Shown here in pieces: positions 27,755 to 37,808 of a stretch of 64,000 bases of DNA. Below the pieces are notes generated by a model that was not told the DNA's origin, did not search any database, and was given only the letters and a program-made list of their open reading frames with translations. Position 1 is the first letter of the stretch. Every line of letters begins with the position of its first letter. Origin of the DNA: Roseburia hominis (GTDB lineage Bacteria; Bacillota_I; Bacilli_A; RFN20; CAG-826); contig CAVIFQ010000001.1 in assembly GCA_963642055.1 (NCBI GenBank), positions 33,576 through 97,575 on the forward strand. Direction: 5' to 3'. Both the position numbers and the translations under genes were made by a program.

Positions 27755-28826
27755 TATTCAAAACTTTCTTCATTTTGAAAAGCGCCCGTTCCTTCTTCTG
27801 ACGGATCCTCTCCCGGGTGAGATTATAGCTTTTCCCGATCTCTTCGGCTGATTCGGCTCTCCTCCCGTTTAGCCCGTAATAACGGCAGATGATGTCGCTT
27901 TCTTGAGGGCTAAGTTGCTTTAAGCAACGCGCAATTTGCCGCATATCATCCTCGAATTCGATGGTCTTCTTGATGTCGCGCTCGCTCCCCTCATCCGCCT
28001 CGAAATCCCCGATCTCGCCTTCATTTTCCTCATTTATCTTCTCGTTGAGCGAGATGGCGTGAGTTTTCGAAAAGGAATCGAGCTCTTTAATTTTCGATTC
28101 ATCGAGAGTCGGGAAAAAAGACATAAGTTCATCATCGCTTGGCTCTTTGCCTAAGCGGGCCGCAAGTTCGCCTCTGTGCCTTTTTAAGCGCGCGATTTCC
28201 TGCTCTTTGTAAGTAGGGATGCGGAGGACGTTTTTCCCTTCGTCAATCCCGCGCGTGATGCTTTGGCGGATCCACCAGGTGGCGTAAGTCGAGAATTTGA
28301 AGCCTTTTCGGTAATCGAAGCGGTCGACGGCTTTGATGAGACCCTCATTCCCGCTTTGGATGAGATCGGCAAAAGGGACGTCGTTCCGCCGATATTGGGA
28401 GGCGATATCGATGACGAGGCGGAGATTGGAGGTGATGAGGGTATCGCGGGCCTTTTTCCCTTCTTCCACCGCCTTTTTCAGTTCGTTTTCGTTTGCGGAG
28501 CCAAGAGAAAGCGCCTTTTCGGCCTCTTTCCCTTTTTCCATTCTTTTCCCGAGCTCTTGTTCCTGCTCTTTCTCAAGAACGGGGTATTTCCCCATTTCGT
28601 TGAAATAAAAAGAAAGGCCGGAAGAGGAGAAAGAGGAAGAAGGAAGAACCTCCTCTTTCTCGTTATAGATGCCTTTCTTGGATAAAAGGGAAGATAAAGC
28701 CTCGTAGTCCTCTTCGCTTAAAGAGAGCTCATCGATGATGGATAAGAGGTCGGCTCGCGAAAAAGAGCCTTTCTTTTTCCTAAGCGTTTCCGCCTTTTTG
28801 AGAGCTTTCTCTAAGGTAGATGTCAA
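27732..28826 (-). CDS. Sigma-70 family factor, RpoD paralog (regions 1.2-4 present)
   Basis: 364 aa. TTG start with GGAGG 7 nt upstream, 18 nt after the rpoD stop. Region 2 reads [20 protein letters not shown]. Region 4.2 reads LTRERIRQKKERALFKMK. Overlaps trmK by 23 nt. Confidence 0.8.
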   Translation of the reverse strand: MTSTLEKALKKAETLRKKKGSFSRADLLSIIDELSLSEEDYEALSSLLSKKGIYNEKEEVLPSSSFSSSGLSFYFNEMGKYPVLEKEQEQELGKRMEKGKEAEKALSLGSANENELKKAVEEGKKARDTLITSNLRLVIDIASQYRRNDVPFADLIQSGNEGLIKAVDRFDYRKGFKFSTYATWWIRQSITRGIDEGKNVLRIPTYKEQEIARLKRHRGELAARLGKEPSDDELMSFFPTLDESKIKELDSFSKTHAISLNEKINEENEGEIGDFEADEGSERDIKKTIEFEDDMRQIARCLKQLSPQESDIICRYYGLNGRRAESAEEIGKSYNLTRERIRQKKERALFKMKKVLNNGNRKVL

Positions 28827-28844
28827 ATTTCTTCCTCCGAATTG

Positions 28845-30290
28845 TTATTTCTTGTTGGTGTCAGGTCCAGTCTGGACGAAGGTGTCGCGGTAATCGCCGA
28901 GCTTTTTTGCGCGGGTCGGATGGCGAAGCTTCCTGATGGCTTTGGCTTCGATCTGACGGATTCTCTCGCGAGTGACGCCGAATTCGCGACCCACTTCTTC
29001 TAGGGTTCTTGGGCGGTTGTCGTCTAAGCCATAACGGAGTCTCAATACTTTCTCCTCGCGCTCAGTGAGGTCTTTCATGATCTCGTAGAGCTCGTCTTTA
29101 AGGAGCGACTTCGTCGTGTATTCTTCCGGCGATTGAGCCTCTTTATCCTCGATGAAGTCCCCTAAATGGCTATCATCCTCTTCGCCGATCGGGGTCTCTA
29201 AGGAGACAGGCTCCATCGCGATGCGCTGAATCTCGCGAATACGCTCTGGGGAAAGAGTGCCATCCATCTTCTTGCTGATTTCTTCCGCGGTTGGATCGCG
29301 CCCAAGCTCTTGGACGAGCTGGCGCTGAACGCGGGTCATTTTGTTGATGGTCTCCACCATATGGACCGGAATACGGATGGTGCGGGCTTGATCGGCGATT
29401 GCCCTAGTGATGGCTTGACGGATCCACCAGGTGGCGTAAGTCGAGAACTTGAAGCCTTTGGTGTAGTCGAATTTCTCGACGGCCTTGATTAAGCCCATAT
29501 TCCCTTCTTGGATGAGGTCAAGGAAATGCATGCCGCGCCCGACGTAGTGCTTCGCGATCGAGATGACGAGACGCAAATTGGCGGTGATGAGCTTGTTTTT
29601 GGCGTTTTGCCCATCATCGACCGTGCACTTGGTGAGGAAGATGTCTTTGGAAGGGTAATTGAAACGGATGGCTTTGCACCACTGCTCATAAGTCAGCTCG
29701 CCATGGTCATTTTTGTATTCGTCGTAATAAGCGCGGAGCTTTTTCGCCGCTTCTTCCCCTTCGACGATTCTTTTGGCAAGTTCCGTTTCCTCTTTCGCGG
29801 TGAGAAGGTCGACTTTCCCGATTTCCTTCAGATACATCTTCACCGAGTCATTGACTTTGACCTCGCCTGACTGGAGTTTGCTGAAATCGTCGATGGATTC
29901 GACTTCCTCTTTCTCTTCGCTCTCTTCGCTCAGCTCTTCATCGGCTTCCATCTCCTCGTTCTGCTTCTCGAGGTCGATTTCGCCGACATCGGCATCATCT
30001 AAAGAGGTCTCTTCGTCTTCATCCGAGACCACTTTGATGCCGCTCGAGACGAAGAAGTTGATGAGGTTCTCGTAATCGTCTTCGCTCAGATCATATTTGC
30101 TCGTGATATCCATGATCTCGCCTTGGTTGAGTTCGCCTTTCTCTTTGCCTAAAGCGAGCAGATCCTTCTTGAGCTTCGCGATCAGATTCTCCTGCTCTTC
30201 GCCTTCATCATCGATGATCACGTCATCGAGTTCGTTCTCTTCGTCGAGTTCTTTCTTTTCTTCGACTTTCTTGCTTTTTTTCGTTGCCAT
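28845..30290 (-). CDS. rpoD: RNA polymerase primary sigma factor
   Basis: 481 aa with canonical [33 protein letters not shown] and [20 protein letters not shown]. Long acidic N-terminal region. Directly downstream of dnaG. Confidence 0.95.
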   Translation of the reverse strand: MATKKSKKVEEKKELDEENELDDVIIDDEGEEQENLIAKLKKDLLALGKEKGELNQGEIMDITSKYDLSEDDYENLINFFVSSGIKVVSDEDEETSLDDADVGEIDLEKQNEEMEADEELSEESEEKEEVESIDDFSKLQSGEVKVNDSVKMYLKEIGKVDLLTAKEETELAKRIVEGEEAAKKLRAYYDEYKNDHGELTYEQWCKAIRFNYPSKDIFLTKCTVDDGQNAKNKLITANLRLVISIAKHYVGRGMHFLDLIQEGNMGLIKAVEKFDYTKGFKFSTYATWWIRQAITRAIADQARTIRIPVHMVETINKMTRVQRQLVQELGRDPTAEEISKKMDGTLSPERIREIQRIAMEPVSLETPIGEEDDSHLGDFIEDKEAQSPEEYTTKSLLKDELYEIMKDLTEREEKVLRLRYGLDDNRPRTLEEVGREFGVTRERIRQIEAKAIRKLRHPTRAKKLGDYRDTFVQTGPDTNKK

Positions 30291-30313
30291 GGTGTTTCTC
30301 CTTTGCTTTCTCC

Positions 30314-32137
30314 TCAGCTTTTATTCGAATTTGCTTGGTGTTTGTTCACGATATCTTGGCTCCGTTTGAGGGCGATGCTGATTTTATCTTCATCGCTAGA
30401 GGCGCTTCGGTACTCCTTTTCCCGCTCGCGCTTCGCGTTATAGTCTTCCCTCGCCTTTTTGATGGCTTTCCCTATTTCTTCATAGGAAGAGGCGCTCAAG
30501 GGGATATCGTAGGCGTCCTCATCGATATTGAGGAGCTCATCCTCGAGCTCTTTTTTGTTGGATGAATTCAAGGCCTCGATGAAGGCGATGATCTTCGAGA
30601 CGGAGACGGAGCCAGGTTCCATCTCGTTGATGATATTCGCAAGCTCATTGAGCACCGGATCGAAGAAGTTATCGATGTTTTTCGTGAAATAGTCGATGGC
30701 TTCCTCGCTCTCAATCATGCAGATGAGCATCTGGCGCTCCGCGTTATATAAACGCCGGTAATCCCGCCTTTCTTTGTCCGTTTTCAGACTTTTCTCCGCT
30801 TTTTTCGGACGCATCAGCCCGAATTCCTCGACTTCGTTTGCTTCTTCTAGGCTATAGGCGCGGAGCTGCTCGCGGATGGTATCGGAGAGATAGCCGGTGG
30901 CTTTTGCTAGCTTATTGATGTAGTCGTCGCGAGTTACTCCGGCTGGGGTTCGAGCGAGGAAGGGCAAGAAGTGATTGAGCGCTTTTTGCTTCTCCTCAAT
31001 CGTGGAGAGCGTCTTCACGTGCAGATAATAGGAGAGCTGGAATTCGAAGGGATCGACGAGCGAATCCATCTTCTTTTTGAGGGCTTCCGCCCCATCCTCT
31101 TGATAAATATCATCGGGATCGCGCTCATCGGAGGCGTTGAGGACTAAACGGAAGGACAGGCCGCTTTTTTGGAGCGAGCCGATAGCCTTCATCATTCCCA
31201 TCTGCCCTGGATCATCACCGTCTAGGCATAGACGCACTTCGGCGCCGAGCTTTCTAAGTAAGCCGATATGCTCCTTTGTGAGGTTCGTGCCCATGAGAGC
31301 GACGGCGCTCCCGATGCCGGCTTTATTGAGGGCGATCGTGTCCATGAAACCTTCTAAAACGTAGACATAACCATCATGCCGCGCGTTTTTCTTCGCATTG
31401 TGGTAGTTATAGAGGACTTCGCCTTTATGGAAGATCTTCGTCTCGGGCGTATTCACGTATTTAGGAGAATCGTCGTCTTTGAGCCGGCGGGCCGAGAAGC
31501 CGACGACTTGTCCGTTAGAGTCAAAGAGCGGGAAGATGAGGCGCGAGGCGTTGTTATCGCTACTTCCGGTAGCTTTCGCAAGCGTAATTCCGATATCTTC
31601 AATCGCTTTGAGCGAATGGCCCTTGGCTTGAAGATACTGGATGGTCTTTTTCCCATCGCTTGGGGCGTAGCCGAGTCCATATTTTTCGATATCTTCCTCG
31701 TTGAGTCCGCGTTTAGCTAGATAATTCCGGGCTTCTTCCCCTTCTTTCGTAGAAAGAGAGTAACGGTAATAGGCTTGAAGGTCATTGATGCACTTATAGA
31801 GACTATCGAGGGCGGGGTCGACCTTTTTGATGTAGGTGGGCTTTGCCAAGCGGGGATCATAATAACCGACCAAATCGGCGAGTTTTCGCACCGCTTCCTC
31901 AAAGCCGATTTTCTCGTAGTTCTGGATGAAGGTGATGGCGTTGCCCCCTTCTCCGCACGAGAAGCACTTGTATATTTGCTTTTCTCTCGAGATATGGAGG
32001 GAGGGATGCTTGTCATCGTGAAAAGGGCAGATAGCCACATAGCTCCTCCCTTTCTTGATGACGTGGATATACGAGGAAATGACATTCACGATATCGCATG
32101 ACTTCAAGAGATTCTCAATGACGCCGTATTCAATCAT
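30314..32137 (-). CDS. dnaG: DNA primase
   Basis: 607 aa with a zinc finger ([11 protein letters not shown]...CFSCGEGG) and a Toprim domain (EGFMD). dnaG-rpoD order. Confidence 0.95.
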   Translation of the reverse strand: MIEYGVIENLLKSCDIVNVISSYIHVIKKGRSYVAICPFHDDKHPSLHISREKQIYKCFSCGEGGNAITFIQNYEKIGFEEAVRKLADLVGYYDPRLAKPTYIKKVDPALDSLYKCINDLQAYYRYSLSTKEGEEARNYLAKRGLNEEDIEKYGLGYAPSDGKKTIQYLQAKGHSLKAIEDIGITLAKATGSSDNNASRLIFPLFDSNGQVVGFSARRLKDDDSPKYVNTPETKIFHKGEVLYNYHNAKKNARHDGYVYVLEGFMDTIALNKAGIGSAVALMGTNLTKEHIGLLRKLGAEVRLCLDGDDPGQMGMMKAIGSLQKSGLSFRLVLNASDERDPDDIYQEDGAEALKKKMDSLVDPFEFQLSYYLHVKTLSTIEEKQKALNHFLPFLARTPAGVTRDDYINKLAKATGYLSDTIREQLRAYSLEEANEVEEFGLMRPKKAEKSLKTDKERRDYRRLYNAERQMLICMIESEEAIDYFTKNIDNFFDPVLNELANIINEMEPGSVSVSKIIAFIEALNSSNKKELEDELLNIDEDAYDIPLSASSYEEIGKAIKKAREDYNAKREREKEYRSASSDEDKISIALKRSQDIVNKHQANSNKS

Positions 32138-32175
32138 TTATGTCCAATTCTCTCCTCATATTATAAATAATATGT

Positions 32176-32208
32176 ATCTACTAATTATTGACTTAATCTT
32201 TACTAATT
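32176..32208 (-). repeat. Two AATTAGTAG-family motif copies (AATTAGTAAAG at 32198-32208 and AATTAGTAGAT at 32176-32186, minus-strand reading)
   Basis: The first copy starts immediately after the glyQS TAA stop. The second lies 22 nt further on, upstream of the dnaG TATAAT/SD region. Confidence 0.5.
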
Positions 32209-33588
32209 TTAGAAGAAGCACTTCTCGGTGAAATAAGGAATGAGCTCATCAATCGATAGTCTCACCTGTTTCATCGAATCGCGTTCTCTGACGGTCACGC
32301 AGTTATCTTTCTCGGTGTCGAAATCGATGGTGACGCAATAGGGAGTGCCAATCGCATCTTGCCTTCTATAACGTTTTCCAATCGAAGCTGTGACATCATA
32401 CACGCAAGAGAAATGCTTATTGAGAGTAGAGAGGATTTCGTTCCCCTTCTCCTCGAGTTTCTTCGAAAGCGGCAAAACCGCGATCTTATAAGGGGCAAGA
32501 GGGGTCGCTAAATGCATCACGATGCGGCTATCGCCACCTTCTAAAGCCTCTTCGTCGTAAGCGTCCACCATCGCCATGAGCATCAGGCGGTCAAGCCCCA
32601 TGCTTGGTTCAATGACATACGGCAAATAACGCTCATTGGTATCAGGATCAAAATATGTCAGATCCTGCTTGCTGTAATTTTGATGACGCGAGAGGTCATA
32701 ATCGGTGCGGTCGGCCACACCGAGTATCTCACCCCAACCTAAAGAGGGGAAATCATACTCAACATCGGTCGTGGCCTTGGAATAGAAGGCTAATTCGGCT
32801 GGCTCATGGTCGCGGAAACGGAGGTTTTCGGCCTTGATGCCAAGCGATTCGACGAATTTGAGGCAATAATCCTTCCAGTAGGCAAACCATTCAAGGTCAG
32901 TGCCTGGCTTACAGAAGAACTCCATTTCCATTTGCTCGAATTCGCGAGTGCGGAAAGTGAAATTCCCTGGGGTGATCTCGTTACGGAAGCTCTTGCCAGC
33001 ATTGCAAATGCCAAACGGAATCTTCTTCCTGGCTGCGCGCTGCACCGCTTTAAAGTCCACGAAGACGCCTTGAGCGGTTTCCGGGCGGAGATAGACGGTG
33101 CTGCTGCTATCTTCAGTGACCCCGATATGGGTTTTGAACATCATATTGAACTTTCTGATCGGCGTGAATTCGCTTTTGCCGCAGCTAGGGCACTTCAGCG
33201 TGTGCTCTTTCATGAATTTATCCATGTCTTCGAAACTCATTCCCTCGACATCGACATCCGGATATTGCTCGTGGATAAGGGAATCGGCGCGGTGACGGGC
33301 ATGGCAGTATTTGCAGTCCACCATCGGATCATTGAAAGTCGAGACGTGGCCAGTGGCTTCCCATACTTTCGGGTTCATGAGGATTGCGGCATCGATACCG
33401 ACGTTCGTCGGGCTTTCCTGGACGAACTTCTTCCACCACATCGCCTTGACGTTCTTCTTTAATTCCGCTCCCAAAGGGCCATAGTCCCATGTATTGGACA
33501 AGCCACCATAAATCTCGCTGCCTGGGAAGACGTAGCCAGAGGTGATTAAATGCGAGGTGATTTTCTCGAAATCGAATTTATTTGCCAT
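32209..33588 (-). CDS. glyQS: Glycine--tRNA ligase (homodimeric GlyQS type)
   Basis: 459 aa with a class II aaRS core (FRNEI.P..GLFR.REF.Q.E.E.F) and a C-terminal anticodon-binding domain. Confidence 0.95.
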   Translation of the reverse strand: MANKFDFEKITSHLITSGYVFPGSEIYGGLSNTWDYGPLGAELKKNVKAMWWKKFVQESPTNVGIDAAILMNPKVWEATGHVSTFNDPMVDCKYCHARHRADSLIHEQYPDVDVEGMSFEDMDKFMKEHTLKCPSCGKSEFTPIRKFNMMFKTHIGVTEDSSSTVYLRPETAQGVFVDFKAVQRAARKKIPFGICNAGKSFRNEITPGNFTFRTREFEQMEMEFFCKPGTDLEWFAYWKDYCLKFVESLGIKAENLRFRDHEPAELAFYSKATTDVEYDFPSLGWGEILGVADRTDYDLSRHQNYSKQDLTYFDPDTNERYLPYVIEPSMGLDRLMLMAMVDAYDEEALEGGDSRIVMHLATPLAPYKIAVLPLSKKLEEKGNEILSTLNKHFSCVYDVTASIGKRYRRQDAIGTPYCVTIDFDTEKDNCVTVRERDSMKQVRLSIDELIPYFTEKCFF

Positions 33589-33624
33589 AATAAAAAATGA
33601 AGTACCTTTCCTTTAGACGCGTGT

Positions 33625-33652
33625 ATTGTATGTTTGTTAGATAGTGCGTCAA
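33625..33652 (-). promoter_or_regulatory. Sigma-A-type promoter for glyQS (TTGACG-16 nt-TACAAT)
   Basis: The -35 lies at 33647-33652 and the -10 at 33625-33630 on the minus strand. AAAGGAAAGG SD lies further downstream. Confidence 0.6.
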
Positions 33653-33669
33653 CCCTATATAAGTGAATT

Positions 33670-34395
33670 TTATACGCTCGATGCGAGCATTTTCAAGCTT
33701 TTGAAGCTGGTCGAGAGATTGCTTTTGACGTATTTGCACAAGCTCTCGATGATGGGTAAACATTCTTTGTCTTCAAAACTGACGCGCGATAAGTCAGTGG
33801 GTGCGCAGCGGAAGATGTAACGAAGGATCTCAAGGGTGCGTTTGCCTGGATAAGTTGCCCCGGGGCTTCTTTCCTCGTTTTCGCAGACGAATCCCCCCGC
33901 TTCATAATCGATCCCGACGATTTTGCGTTTATTCCCGCAGATGACGCAACTATCGACATTGAGCCCGTATCCTTCAAGTTCGATGAGCTGAGCGAAATAA
34001 ATGAGCGTGGCTGTAAAGGGCGAAAAGCCCTTATCGATGGCTTCCAGTGCCGCTTTTAGCCATAAATACGCGCTTTTGGCGTCCTCTTCCATGATGAGTT
34101 TAGAGGAAACTTCCTCGATGAAAGAAAGAGAGGCCATGCTCTTCAGATCATCTTTATAAGGAGGAGCCTTCAATAAAGCCCCCTCTTTCAAGGTGTATAA
34201 ACCGTTTTTCTCGGTCAATAAAAAGGAAGAATAAGCGAGCGGCAAAAGCGAAGAAGCGTTCCTGCTCGTTATTTTCTTGACCCCGTAAGCATGGAAAGAG
34301 ATTAAGCCTTCTGCTCCCACAATACTCACGATGCGGTCTTTGTCTTTGAAATCGGAGAGACGAATGATGTAGCCTTCAGCTTTCTTATCCTTCAT
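33670..34395 (-). CDS. recO: DNA repair protein RecO
   Basis: The start at the ATG 34395 (MKDKKAEGYIIRLSDFKDKDRIV...) fits the RecO OB-fold N-terminus. C-terminal Cys cluster (CVICG...C). The ORF track start at 34455 lies inside era. Confidence 0.8.
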   Translation of the reverse strand: MKDKKAEGYIIRLSDFKDKDRIVSIVGAEGLISFHAYGVKKITSRNASSLLPLAYSSFLLTEKNGLYTLKEGALLKAPPYKDDLKSMASLSFIEEVSSKLIMEEDAKSAYLWLKAALEAIDKGFSPFTATLIYFAQLIELEGYGLNVDSCVICGNKRKIVGIDYEAGGFVCENEERSPGATYPGKRTLEILRYIFRCAPTDLSRVSFEDKECLPIIESLCKYVKSNLSTSFKSLKMLASSV

Positions 34396-35272
34396 CCTCT
34401 TCCCCGTAGCCGAAATTCTTGAGTTTATCCGGCCTATTCCGCCAGTTGGCTTCATGACGCACTTTCACGACGAGCTCGACTCTCTTTTTCCATTCTTTCT
34501 GGAGATTTCTTCTCGCCGTCATCGAGATGCGTTTGATCATCTCTCCGCCTTTACCGATCAAAATGGCGACTTGCCCTTCTTTCTCGACGTAAATAGAAGC
34601 AACGATTTTCACGATATCCTTGCTCTCTTTGAAGGAATCGATGGTGACGGCGGACTGGTGAGGCACCTCATCCTTGCAGAAATGGAGGATTTCGCTCCTG
34701 ATCATCTCTTTGGCGGCGAAAACCTCGTCTTTGTCGGTATATGTATCGGATGAGAAATAGGATGGTCCTTCCGGAATGACGCTTTTGACGGCCTCTTTCA
34801 CTTCCTTGAGGCCGAAATTGGTGAGGGCGCTCATCTGAAGAATCGTCGCCTCCGGATAAGTCGAGACGTAATGCTTTAATAAAGCCTCCATTTCGGGGGC
34901 TCTCGCCAGATCAATCTTATTGATCACGATGAAAAGAGGGCAATCCATCTTAAGAGAAGAAAGGATCTTATCGTCTTTGCTCGTGTCCTTATTCTCGGCG
35001 CTGACGATATAAATGGCGGCATCCGCCCCGCTTAAGGAGCTTTTGGCTTCCTTATTCATGTATTTGTCGAGATTGCCTTCTCCCTCAAATAGCCCCGGTG
35101 TATCGATAAAAACCATCTGGGCGTCTTTGTTTTGGAGAATGCCGTCGATATTATCGCGCGTGGTCTGGGGTTTCGGAGAGACAATGGAGACGCGCTTAGA
35201 GAGAAGAGCGTTCAAGAACGTGCTCTTCCCGACATTGGGTTGGCCTAAAATGGCGATGAATCCGCTTTTCAT
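34385..35272 (-). CDS. era: GTPase Era
   Basis: 295 aa with GQPNVGKST, DTPG, NKID and a C-terminal KH domain. Confidence 0.95.
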   Translation of the reverse strand: MKSGFIAILGQPNVGKSTFLNALLSKRVSIVSPKPQTTRDNIDGILQNKDAQMVFIDTPGLFEGEGNLDKYMNKEAKSSLSGADAAIYIVSAENKDTSKDDKILSSLKMDCPLFIVINKIDLARAPEMEALLKHYVSTYPEATILQMSALTNFGLKEVKEAVKSVIPEGPSYFSSDTYTDKDEVFAAKEMIRSEILHFCKDEVPHQSAVTIDSFKESKDIVKIVASIYVEKEGQVAILIGKGGEMIKRISMTARRNLQKEWKKRVELVVKVRHEANWRNRPDKLKNFGYGEEDEG

Positions 35273-35670
35273 AAATCGTCGCTCGTGAAGGCGAAAGGAA
35301 GGAGCTCTTCCACGTTCGTCTCATAGATATCGCCTAGAAGATTCCCTAGATAAATCGGGGCGGAAGAAGGGAATAATTCGCTGATGACTTGCCGGCAGGC
35401 GCCGCATGGCGAACACGGGCCCTCCGTATCGCCGACAATGGCAAGCGCCGCGAAATCATCGATCGTCTTCCCTTCCATCATCGCGTGGTATAAGGCGTTT
35501 CTTTCCGCGCACATCGAAAGGCCATAGCTGCTATTTTCGATATTCGCTCCGAGATATACCTCACCATCATGCGTAAGGAGCGCCGCTCCCACCGCGAAAT
35601 GGCTATAAGGGCTATAGGAGAGCTTGCGCGCCTCCTTTGCTCTTTCGATAAGTTCCTCTTTACTCAGCAT
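35269..35670 (-). CDS. cdd: Cytidine deaminase
   Basis: 133 aa with CAER and PCGACRQ zinc-binding motifs. Confidence 0.9.
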   Translation of the reverse strand: MLSKEELIERAKEARKLSYSPYSHFAVGAALLTHDGEVYLGANIENSSYGLSMCAERNALYHAMMEGKTIDDFAALAIVGDTEGPCSPCGACRQVISELFPSSAPIYLGNLLGDIYETNVEELLPFAFTSDDL

Positions 35671-36124
35671 CTTTCACCCTTTCTAGGATTTTATCCTGTA
35701 GTGGAAACATTATTTCCTCGTCTTCTTTTTTCATATGGTCGTAGCCTAAGAGATGCAGCAAGCCATGCGTAAAGAGGAAAGAGAGCTCGCGGAGCTCGCT
35801 GTTCCCTATTTCCTTGGCTTGCTTTTGGGCGACGGGGAGACAGATGAGTATCTCTCCTAGCATCCGCAAAACCGTTGGATCGTTTATCTGGTCTTTCGGG
35901 TCTTTATCGTCATTGAAGGCGAAAGAGATGACATCGGTTGGCCGGTCGACGTGCCGGTAATCGCGATTGATCTGGTGAATCGTCTCTTCATCGACCAGCG
36001 ATACATCGATCTCGTAATTGGTCGTAATGTCTAGCAAACTGAAAGCCTCTTCCGCGATTTTGTTGTAACGCGCTTCCAAGGCGTCGTATTTTTCCCCAAA
36101 GGGGTTATCAAAAAGTATTTCCAT
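35660..36124 (-). CDS. ybeY: rRNA maturation endoribonuclease YbeY
   Basis: 154 aa with the HGLLHLLGYDH metal-binding motif. Confidence 0.9.
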   Translation of the reverse strand: MEILFDNPFGEKYDALEARYNKIAEEAFSLLDITTNYEIDVSLVDEETIHQINRDYRHVDRPTDVISFAFNDDKDPKDQINDPTVLRMLGEILICLPVAQKQAKEIGNSELRELSFLFTHGLLHLLGYDHMKKEDEEIMFPLQDKILERVKDAE

Positions 36125-36159
36125 CGCCGAAATTGTAGCACAATCGGCTCTTTTTGTGG

Positions 36160-37374
36160 CTATTTCATCGCTTGATTTGCTGGTGAAGACAGATATTCGA
36201 CGTAATGGCCTCGCGCAACTAGGAAATCCTTCTTATTGAAGAGCGGCTCAAGCGTTTTCTTGAAGAGCAAATATATGCCAAAGAGCGCGAAAAGATGGAA
36301 GAGATAAAAATTGAGCGTCACCTCATTCTGGAAAAGGAGAGACAAGAGATTGCTCGAGAGTAGTCCCACCGCGATCACGATCCTCTCATACTCGATATCG
36401 CGGCTCAAAGAAGATGAGATATCCCCTATTTCTTGGAGGGAGGAGATGCTTTTCTCTTTGTCGCTTTCTTCTTTCACCTCTTTTTCTAGTCTCTCCAAAT
36501 CGCCCCTTTTGCTTTCAAAGCGCTTTTTGAAGAAGAAGGATGAGAAAAGGCATAAAAAGATCGAGAAAGCGACAGGGAGGAGGAAAAAGGGATTATTGAA
36601 AGAGACCAAGAAAGTCAAAATCAAAGCGCCGATCAAAGAGGAGATGGCGTTAGGGACATCGGCAAGCAAATACCGCTTATAAAAGTAGTAACGGCGATAT
36701 GATTCCTCCATTTTTCCTTTGTCTTCATCGTAAGTGCGCTCCAAATATCTTTTATCGAGCTTCTTGGATACCTTCATCATGAACATCCTGGAAGCGAGCG
36801 AAGATAGGCCAAAGGCAATGAAAGAGAGCATGGGGAGTAAGATATTGCCCTCCTTGGAAAAGAAATAGAAACCCACCAATAAGGCTAGTTCCGATATAAC
36901 GGTCAATAAGCAAATGCAGAAAGAAAGCCACCAGCTCATGAAGGGAGGAGCGAATGTAGCTCCCTCTTCTTCATAGATATCTTTCTCAAGAACCCCGAAG
37001 ATGCCAGAGAAGAGCTCCTCGAATTCCTTTTTCTCGTAACGCTTCTTCCCTCTAGCGGGATCAAAAACATAAACAAAGCGTTTGCTTATCTTCCTGATAT
37101 AGACCATATGACCGTTTTTCTGCTCGCCCATCACGGCGAGAAAGGGCTGCTTCTCATTAAAAGGGTAGCCGATATGCTCATCTCCGGCATCATAAAAGGC
37201 CAGCTTATGCCCGTAGCGTCTTGCCCCTTCTTCCAAATCTAGCAGAGAAAAAGGTGGATGAAGGGGCAATTTCGCCCTTTTGTAACGGTTTTTGCCCGTG
37301 CGATTGACAAGAAGCATCTGGAAGCACGCCAAGGAGCAAGCTTCATCGTTAATTTGATAAGTGAGATATCCCAT
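36160..37374 (-). CDS. Peptidase C39-like domain fused to an ABC-exporter-type transmembrane domain, with no nucleotide-binding domain
   Basis: 404 aa. The N-terminus has the Q/C pattern (YQINDEACSLACFQMLL) and GHMVYI...VYVFDPARG..., like bacteriocin-processing C39 domains. It is followed by about 5-6 hydrophobic helices. The ORF ends without Walker motifs. Confidence 0.55.
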   Translation of the reverse strand: MGYLTYQINDEACSLACFQMLLVNRTGKNRYKRAKLPLHPPFSLLDLEEGARRYGHKLAFYDAGDEHIGYPFNEKQPFLAVMGEQKNGHMVYIRKISKRFVYVFDPARGKKRYEKKEFEELFSGIFGVLEKDIYEEEGATFAPPFMSWWLSFCICLLTVISELALLVGFYFFSKEGNILLPMLSFIAFGLSSLASRMFMMKVSKKLDKRYLERTYDEDKGKMEESYRRYYFYKRYLLADVPNAISSLIGALILTFLVSFNNPFFLLPVAFSIFLCLFSSFFFKKRFESKRGDLERLEKEVKEESDKEKSISSLQEIGDISSSLSRDIEYERIVIAVGLLSSNLLSLLFQNEVTLNFYLFHLFALFGIYLLFKKTLEPLFNKKDFLVARGHYVEYLSSPANQAMK

Positions 37375-37421
37375 ACACCCATTTCTAGGAGGGAAAAAGG
37401 CGTTTTACCAAAAAAACAAAT

Positions 37422-37447
37422 AAAAAAGCCTCCGTTTGAGGGGAGGC
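37422..37447 (-). terminator. Rho-independent terminator after rpsU
   Basis: Stem GCCTCC / GGAGGC, followed on the minus strand by TTTTTT. Confidence 0.7.
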
Positions 37448-37453
37448 TAGGGC

Positions 37454-37630
37454 TTACCATTTCTTGCGGCGGGCCATTTCGCTCTTCATCTTGCGACGGA
37501 GACCGGTTTTCAAATAGAATTCGCGTTTGCGGCTTTCCATCAAGATACCGCTTTTGTTGACGCTGCGTTTGAAGCGACGAAGCGCGTCATCGAGTGATTC
37601 ACCTTCGCGAACGACTGTTTTAACTGCCAT
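37454..37630 (-). CDS. rpsU: 30S ribosomal protein S21
   Basis: Absent from the ORF track (58 aa). Own translation: [67 protein letters not shown]. Confidence 0.9.
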   Translation of the reverse strand: MAVKTVVREGESLDDALRRFKRSVNKSGILMESRKREFYLKTGLRRKMKSEMARRKKW

Positions 37631-37808
37631 GAACTATCACCTCGTCTTTCTTAACCTGCGTCATTTTACGCCAAAAAGAGGGAAAAACAAGCCGAATATC
37701 ACTCTTTTATGGCCTTTCGCGGGCCTTTTTGCCCTTGGATTCGCTTTATATCCTTATATATAAAGGAAGTCCCCTCCGGGAAGGGAGGGGAGAATCATGG
37801 AAGTCTTC

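Noticed and set aside
32176-32208. The ACTAATT-containing motif pair, considered as Bacillus-type RTP/Ter replication-fork traps.
   Set aside because: Spacing and sequence do not fit the Ter consensus as I recall it. Motif orientation follows local gene direction rather than position relative to dif (plus-strand copies occur on both sides of dif).
33589-33669. Possible T-box leader upstream of glyQS.
   Set aside because: The gap is only 81 nt and is fully accounted for by a TTGACG-16-TACAAT promoter and the SD. It has no specifier or terminator-antiterminator structures.
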